Shown here piece after piece: positions 57,281 to 64,000 of a stretch of 64,000 bases of DNA. Origin of the DNA: the human T2T-CHM13v2.0 reference genome, Homo sapiens; NCBI RefSeq assembly GCF_009914755.1, contig NC_060934.1, one strand, 5' to 3'. The position numbers and the translations under genes were made by a program. Numbering within the stretch: position 1 is the stretch's first letter; the number at the start of each line of letters is the position of its first letter. Below the pieces are notes generated by a model. The model had not been told where the DNA came from. It did no database searches and saw nothing but the letters and a program-made list of their open reading frames with translations.

Positions 57281-58719
57281 CTGTTGTTTCAACATGAAAA
57301 CACATTTTTGGAGAGAAAGCATGGATAGAGATAAGATGTATTCATCAGTTCTGGTCCATTTGATGACCAGTTTAAAAAAATTGTGCAAGTTCTTAGTGGG
57401 GTTCCCCAGTTGCTCCTAGATAGGCATGCTGGTTTCATGGTCCTAGACCTGTTATGAGAAGATGAAGTTTTTTTAGTGACATTTCAAAGCTGTTCAGACA
57501 ATTACTACACGGACATTTTCCCTTGCCAGACAGAGTGGGCCCAGCCTTCCCTGGCACCAGTTAAGTAAAGGAAAAAAAAAAAAAGGAAAAATTTAGAGTT
57601 TCTTGTACTGCTTCATTGCTTTACTTAATTGACTTGTTTGAGTGTGTGCCAGAACTTGATATATCTTGTTAGTGTGGCAAAGTTTAAAAATCGACTTATA
57701 TTTCAATTCCACGCAGCTTTCAACACAGAGAGGTTTATAGTTGTTGCTGATGTGGGGGGTGGTAACAACGTGCTGGGAGGGAGCATGTGTGTTTAGGAAA
57801 GGAAACAAATTAGCAGCTTCATGTGCTGAAGTCTTTAATAATACGGTAATCTAGGGCCAACTTATTATAAATTCTGAATAAGCGTTGTCTGCTGTTTAAA
57901 ATTTCCCATGGCTTACTGTCAAATATATTAAAATGGATTTGGAAAGTCTGTAAGCCTTCTAATCATGGATAAAATATATTCTTTTACAGGACTCTAAATT
58001 TGTGGTAATTATGTACCATTTAGTTAATCTCCCTATATTATTTACCAAGCATATTTTGTAGTCAAATACTTGAAGAGTTGACAGGGTAATGTTCAACGCA
58101 ACTATGAGCAAAAATGGAAGAGCAAGAGGGGTTAGGAAATAAGCACCTGAATGTAAAACTGATTTGTTTTCATGTTAGTTATTTATGGATGCAATCAGTG
58201 AGATAGTTAATGGAATCACCTATGTTCTATTGAACATCCAGGCTTGGGTGCATGGGAACACATGTTTAAAGGAATAGAATTCTACAAATACAATAACCCC
58301 TAAAACAAAAAATAAAACTGATTTAATGAGACTAGGCATTAAGAACCCAATTGTAGTGCCCATGCATATCATACGTACTGGCAAATAGCTGAGGCGTGTG
58401 AGATCAGGAAAGCTGCCTAGATATTCTGGAGCCCCAGAATAATTAGTCACAATAAATAGCTTTCCTGAAGCTGCTCAGAATTGGCAGGGATTTATTTTCC
58501 CAAATAGTAGACAGAGATACAGAATGATGTTGTATTGTGCATTTGGCCACCTAAATATTTTCAGATCCTTCTTACTCAGACATGGTAGCTGAAAATGCAC
58601 TGATGTTTATACACTATCCTGCTCATGAACACCATGGTGGGGACCCTCAGAATGGTTCTGTAGTTTTACAGTCACCCCAAGAAACAGCAGAGTGACCCCA
58701 AGACTTTGCCATTTACAAC

Positions 58720-59426
58720 ATTATCTTTACGGTGGTGAGAACACTTAACGTGAGATCTACCCTCATAACAGATGTTTAAGTATACAATACAATATTGTTA
58801 AGTATAGGCACAATGTTGTACACCAGATCTCTAGAACTCGCTTCTCTTGTGTTACTGAAACTTTGTAACTGTTGACTTGCAAATCCCCATTGCCCCCTTT
58901 CCCCTTCTCCTGGCAGCCAACATTCCACTCTCTGCTTCTAGGTATTTGGCTATTTTAGATACCTCATGTAAGAAGGATCATTGTATTTGTCTTTCTCTGA
59001 CTGGCTTATTTCACTTAGCATAATTCCCCCAGGTTCATCCATGTTGTCACATATTGCAGGATTTCTTTCTTTGTTAGGGTGGCTATTACTAAAAAAACAA
59101 AAACAAAAAAACAAAACAAAAGGCAACAGGTGTTGGTGAGCATGTTACAAAACCAGAACCCTTATATACTGCTGGTAAAAATGCAAAATTGTGCAGCCAT
59201 TATGGAAAACGGTATGGAGGTTCCTCAGAAAATTAAAAATAAAACTATAATGTGGGGTCCAGCAATCCCACTTCTGGGTATTTACCCAGAGGAAGTGAAA
59301 TCAGGATCTTGAAGAGATATAGCACTTCAGTGTTCATCACAGTACTATTCATAATGGCCAAGAAACAATCTAGATGTCCATTGAACGATGAATGGATAAA
59401 GACACTGTGATATATACATACAAAGG
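58720..59426 (-). mobile_element. Old L1 (L1MA/L1MB) 3' insertion with 5' inversion
   Basis: 58720-59071 is an antisense L1 3' end; 59072-59426 is sense ORF2 C-terminal sequence ([10 protein letters not shown] in ORF 59079..59312); the two parts are adjacent in L1 coordinates. Confidence 0.8.
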
Positions 59427-61329
59427 CTCTTCCATTTTTAACTTAGCTGTGGAACACGTAAGAAGATTCAGTTCGAAAGAGGCAATGCCTGGGCTCTTGC
59501 ATATAAAAATCCACTTTTTGTTTTGTTTGTGACATGAGTCTTGAATGTAAACCTTGGACAAACACAACTCTAACCACGCACACTCAGTAGGAAATGTTGA
59601 TATTAAGATGAAAACATAGCAACAATACAATATATAAGGGATTACTTTAATTAGACACTCCAGCACTAGATACGGTTCTTTTGCACTTTGCATTTTATAA
59701 AGCAAATAACAAACCCAAACATAGGAAAAGAAACAGAATTCTTTTTCCTATATTTTTAAGCTAATAAGCCAAAATAATTAATGAGCATTAGCACGTTTGT
59801 CATTCCCAGTGGGACTTTTTGTGCCTAATGCCAACCTCATTTGCCTACATAATGATTCCTATATTCCACTCATTGCCTTGGAGAAAGCCTGACAGAAACT
59901 GCATAGAAATTGCTAACTTTCCATCTTTTTAGGGCAGTTCATTATGAGTGTTTAGGCTTCTGTTATCATATGGGCTCACCACAATCCTGGTAGTTTCTTA
60001 TTTATTTTGAAATAGGCTAATGATATTAAGAACTGTGAAAGTTACTCTAGAAACTTTCATTTTCTTCTTGGCTCCAATGTGAGGTTTCCACATGATTATA
60101 CTGCCTGTGATAGTGTATTTTTGTAAATAGAAAAAAATAGCAACATTCACTGGAATTGACTGGAAGCTCTTGGAGGACATAATCTTAATCAACTTTGCTT
60201 ATTCCTCAAGCACCCAACATAAGGTTTTGTTAGAGCATGTAAGAAATGAATGTTTGTTGAAAATGAGTAGAACTGCATGCACAGACAGGTGACCTGTCTT
60301 TGTTTTGGCTCTTAAATGTCCTAAGCTCCAAAGCAACCATGAAAGGTCAGCAAACTAGTGTGCTTGAGCAGCTGACTTTAGCTATCGTAAAATCCATTTG
60401 CATTTCTGTGAAGATACACTTAGAATATAAACCCCCTAATTTTGAGCCAGTAAACAAAACAGTAAAAGAGATTTACTGAGCAGGTGGAGAAGATAAACAC
60501 AAGTTTAGCTGAAAACTCTAACATACAATGCATTCAAGGCTGGAGTGGAGAGGAGGACAAATATACCTGCTCTAGGGGTAGAAGGTTAGGAGGAAATGCC
60601 AATATCATCCATCATTTTGAATCTAGAGGCTTCTTGGCTTCAGAGTTGTCAAAATACATCTCTTTTTTTGGTGAATCAATACAATGAAGTATGCAGGAAA
60701 ATGGCAATTACACCTATTATACAGATGGCAAAACTAGAAGATATAATTGTAGTTTTTATAGAGTTATTCAGATTGTGATGGTGATGAAATAAAAACCTAC
60801 CCCCCTACTAGCTCTGAATTCAAGGCTTTTCCTCTTTAACCACATTTACACTGACTTTCTTGTTCTCCCCACTTCCACTCTCCTTCCACGCATAACTAAG
60901 TTATGCGTGTTGGTTCTTCAGGTATATTTAAAATATGCAACCACCTGTGAACTCATTCACAGATAAAGTGAGCATATCTTGCAAAGGAAATACACAGCGA
61001 ATCTAAAAATGTACATGCCATTTTATTTTGTATATATGACAGCAAAATAGAAAAGAACTTTTAAACGTTTACTTATTCTGACTTCGTAACAGCATGTCAA
61101 CCAGCCTTGTAAGTAATGACAGTGTTTACTAGTTTGTAAAGAGTGCTTTATTACAAATGTGAGCAAATCCAGGGGATATGATAGTTGTATGTATATGCAA
61201 ATATTTGTGTGTGTATGTATTTAACTACTCTTCTCACTCTTGCCAGAGCAAATGCTAGAAATAACTGAATCCACCGGTCTTCTATGTTTTCTTTAAATAT
61301 AACATAATTCACTGTGGGAGACAAACAAG

Positions 61330-62300
61330 TGGGAATTTTTATTGACTGATCTTTGATACTCTAAAAATAAAAAAAAAAATCACATTATTTCCTCATATCA
61401 TAATACTTATTATGTTGTTTAAAAAACCTTTTATTTAGCTATAAATACTATTTAGAGGATATAGACCACACATAAAAAGAATGTCAAATCATAACTATGT
61501 CCATGAGAGATCATGCAGCCTGAAAAAGTAAAAGTTGAGATGGTTAAAATAATCTAACTAACGTGGTCTGATATATTTCACAAAAAGGGAAAATACACTA
61601 CATTTCAAGCAACCTGGGACACTAATAAAATTGAACTTATAATAATGAAGAAAATTTTAATGAATTCCAAAAAACAGAAATGGTGCAGATGATATTCTTT
61701 AGTAAAAAATTAATTAATTTATACAAGCTAGAAAACGAAAAATGCAAAGAGAGGATAAAAAATGAAACCACAGGATTTATAGGAGGTAAAGTTTAAAAGA
61801 CTTATATTTCAACATATGAGATATAGCTAAAGCAATGTAAAATGTAAATACTTTTCAAATAACAAAAAGTAAAAATTAAGCATGTATATCAACAAGTTAA
61901 AACTGACCAACAATAAAAACCTATGGAAAAAGAAGAATCTAGTCATCAAGATATAATAAAAAAGAGTTGGAGAAAGGTAGGAAACATAATAAATAAATCT
62001 ATTTGCTCTTCATTTGAAAATTGGAACAAAATAAAAAATTGATTATCCATTGAAATAAAATTAAAAGAGGGAGAAAGCACACTTATAAAATAAATGGGAC
62101 CAGCAAAATAACTATTGGTACAAAATGTTATTAAACTAAAACATCTTAGCTCAAGTTTGTGAAAATATAATTGAAATCCATATGAAATAAATGCTTTCCT
62201 TAGCAAATAAAATATCCTATATCTATCCACAGAAGATAATAAAATAGGCAAATAGAGCAATAGTGAAAAATTATTCAAGTGTTATCAAAAGACTACCAAG
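61330..62300 (+). mobile_element. Highly decayed L1M ORF2 region fragment
   Basis: A-rich strand with traces of EN/linker sequence (GATATAGCTAAAGCAATG, GAAATAAATGCTTTCCTTAG); boundaries uncertain. Confidence 0.5.
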
Positions 62301-62302
62301 AT

Positions 62303-62509
62303 GAAGGGCTTCCCCCTTCACTGGGCTTTCATTCTTCTTCTTGCTGCCAATATGTGAAGAAGGATGTATTTGCTTCCCCTTCTGCCATAATTGTAAGTTT
62401 ACTGAGGCCTCCCGAGCCCTGCAGAACTGTGATCAATTAAAACTCTTTCCTTTATAAATTACCCAGTCTTGGGTATTTCTTCACAGTAGCATGAAAATGA
62501 ACTAATACA
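62303..62509 (+). mobile_element. THE1/MST-type MaLR LTR, 3' half
   Basis: TTGCTTCCCCTTCTGCCAT.ATTGTAAGTTT.CTGAGGCCTCCC...TTTCCTTTATAAATTACCCAGTCT.GGGTAT...ACTAATACA. Confidence 0.88.
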
Positions 62510-62559
62510 ATCATCAACAACAGGCAATGTAAGACTTTCAATCTGGAGAGACGGGAAAC

Positions 62560-62860
62560 ACATTAATATCTTAGTAAAAAGTAAGTGGTATCAATAAATG
62601 TAAAGAAAACTTCATCTAAGCACATTATAATTAAATGACTAAAACCAAAATAAAAACAGAATACTTTAAAATCAGCTAGGGGTAAAAAGACACCTCAGAT
62701 ATAGGTGAATGGCAATATGAATGACAGCCAACTTTTCCACAGAAACAATGCAGACCAGAAGACAAGAGAATGACATTTTTAATGCGCAACAAAAAAAGTG
62801 AATCCAGAATTCTACATTCAGTGAAATTATTTGTCAAAATTAAGGGTGAAGCAATAGCCT
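62560..62860 (+). mobile_element. Decayed L1M ORF1 C-terminal fragment
   Basis: CACATTATAATTAAA, ATGACAGCCAACTTTTCCACAGAAACAATGCAG.CCAGAAGACAA and CCAGAATTCTA correspond to HIIIK, MTADFSTETMQARRQ and PRIL. Confidence 0.7.
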
Positions 62861-62968
62861 CACTGACCTTTCTGAATTATGTGGTATAAACCATACATGA
62901 TTTTGAAAGTCTCATGTCATAATCAACTGATCAGATCAATGCTGCCAGAAGATTCTTCTTCTGGGTGT

Positions 62969-63019
62969 ATGTACCCTAAAACTTAAAGTATAATAATAAT
63001 AAAATTAAAAAAAGAAAAA
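62969..63019 (+). mobile_element. ~50-bp young-L1 3' terminal stub
   Basis: ATGTACCCTAAAACTTAAAGTATAATAATAATAAAA, identical to the L1PA terminus. Confidence 0.85.
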
Positions 63020-63083
63020 TACACTTACATTTTAAATTAAGCAAAGCTGAGAAACAATAACATTTTCCTCTTCTGTCAGCCAA

Positions 63084-63572
63084 TGTACTGGATATCCTCT
63101 TTTTCTCCATATGTCTCCATCATTTCCCACCCTCTTTCTGCCCTGGGATGCTGATGTTTATGGATGGCATTGACAGCCTCACTTGCCTTCCAGCTTCTAC
63201 CTGGGTGCAACCACTGGAAGGTACCAGTAGGAGAGTGGGGAGTGAAAGGAGAGAGAATGGCTCTTTATTGCCCTAGTTGCCTCTCAGCTGTGCTAAAGAC
63301 TGTCCATGGCTGTATTCCTCCCCAAAGGCCAGGCTTCTTGCTACAGCCATATCCTTTAGCTACAAGCCTCATTCTGAGTTCTAGTGACCATCCCTGGCTC
63401 CCTCAGAGATGGTAGGGATATTGACTCCCTGCTATTGCTAGCTGCAAGAGGCTTCACCATCCTTTGCAGTTTTCTCTGAACACTGTCCACACCTTTGTCA
63501 AAAGCGTTTATTTATCTCCAGTTATCCTTTTGACTGCATCATTTGTTTCACATAAAAATCTGGACTGACAGT
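63084..63572 (+). mobile_element. ERVL-class solo LTR (LTR33-like)
   Basis: TGTACTGGATATCCTCT...CTGCCCTGGGA.GCTGA...TTGCC.TC..GCTTC...CCACACCTTTGT...ACTGACA. Confidence 0.6.
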
Positions 63573-64000
63573 CAGAGTACTTCTATGTATGCAACAGGAA
63601 GAAAAACTGGCAATTTAAAGCAAAGGAGGAAGTATTAAAGCTCCCACAACCTGTGAGAGCTGGAAAGCCAGGAACACTGGCTAAGCAGCAAGAACAAAGC
63701 CAACTATGGTGCTGAAAAATTCGTCCCTGAAAACTCTTGTGCTATTACTAAGTACAGACACACCAGCTTGTACTGCTGACACCATCAATGCCAGACCTGG
63801 ACACTGCCAACCACATACTTGAACCTAAGGAAAAGAGGTTACAGATGCTGGCAATCATCTGTAAGATTGACTATTTTGGCTACCCACATAGCCTTCTTCC
63901 CAACTTCTACTTACTAAAAGAAACATAAAGAAAGACAGCTCTTATCTAACTTAATGTTCCTTACAAAACCCTCTTACCCTCTTATCAAAAAATCTCAGCC

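Overview
Primate (human-like) AT-rich, repeat-dense intergenic or intronic DNA; I recognise no host protein-coding exon, RNA gene or CRISPR array. Main contents: the 3' UTR end and poly(A) remnant of a YWHAZ (14-3-3 zeta) processed pseudogene (1-1609); a full-length Tigger1 DNA transposon with nested Alu and L1 insertions (20229-23210); a two-LTR, internally deleted HERV-H provirus with 5-bp TSD, tRNA-His PBS and a strong splice donor (39508-45656); a full-length L1PA3-like LINE-1 with intact ORF1, broken ORF2 (endonuclease part still open, 497 aa), truncated ORF0 and the retained ~129-bp ZNF93-target segment (47580-53776), inserted in an older ERVL-class remnant; plus many Alu, MIR, L2, MER, MLT and LTR fragments and microsatellites. 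Nearly all other listed ORFs are by-products of repeats. I found no convincing new biological system; the most interesting points are the HERV-H / L1 arrangement and several small insertion or duplication oddities. Family and subfamily calls come from remembered consensus sequences, not a database search, and boundaries of old repeats are approximate.
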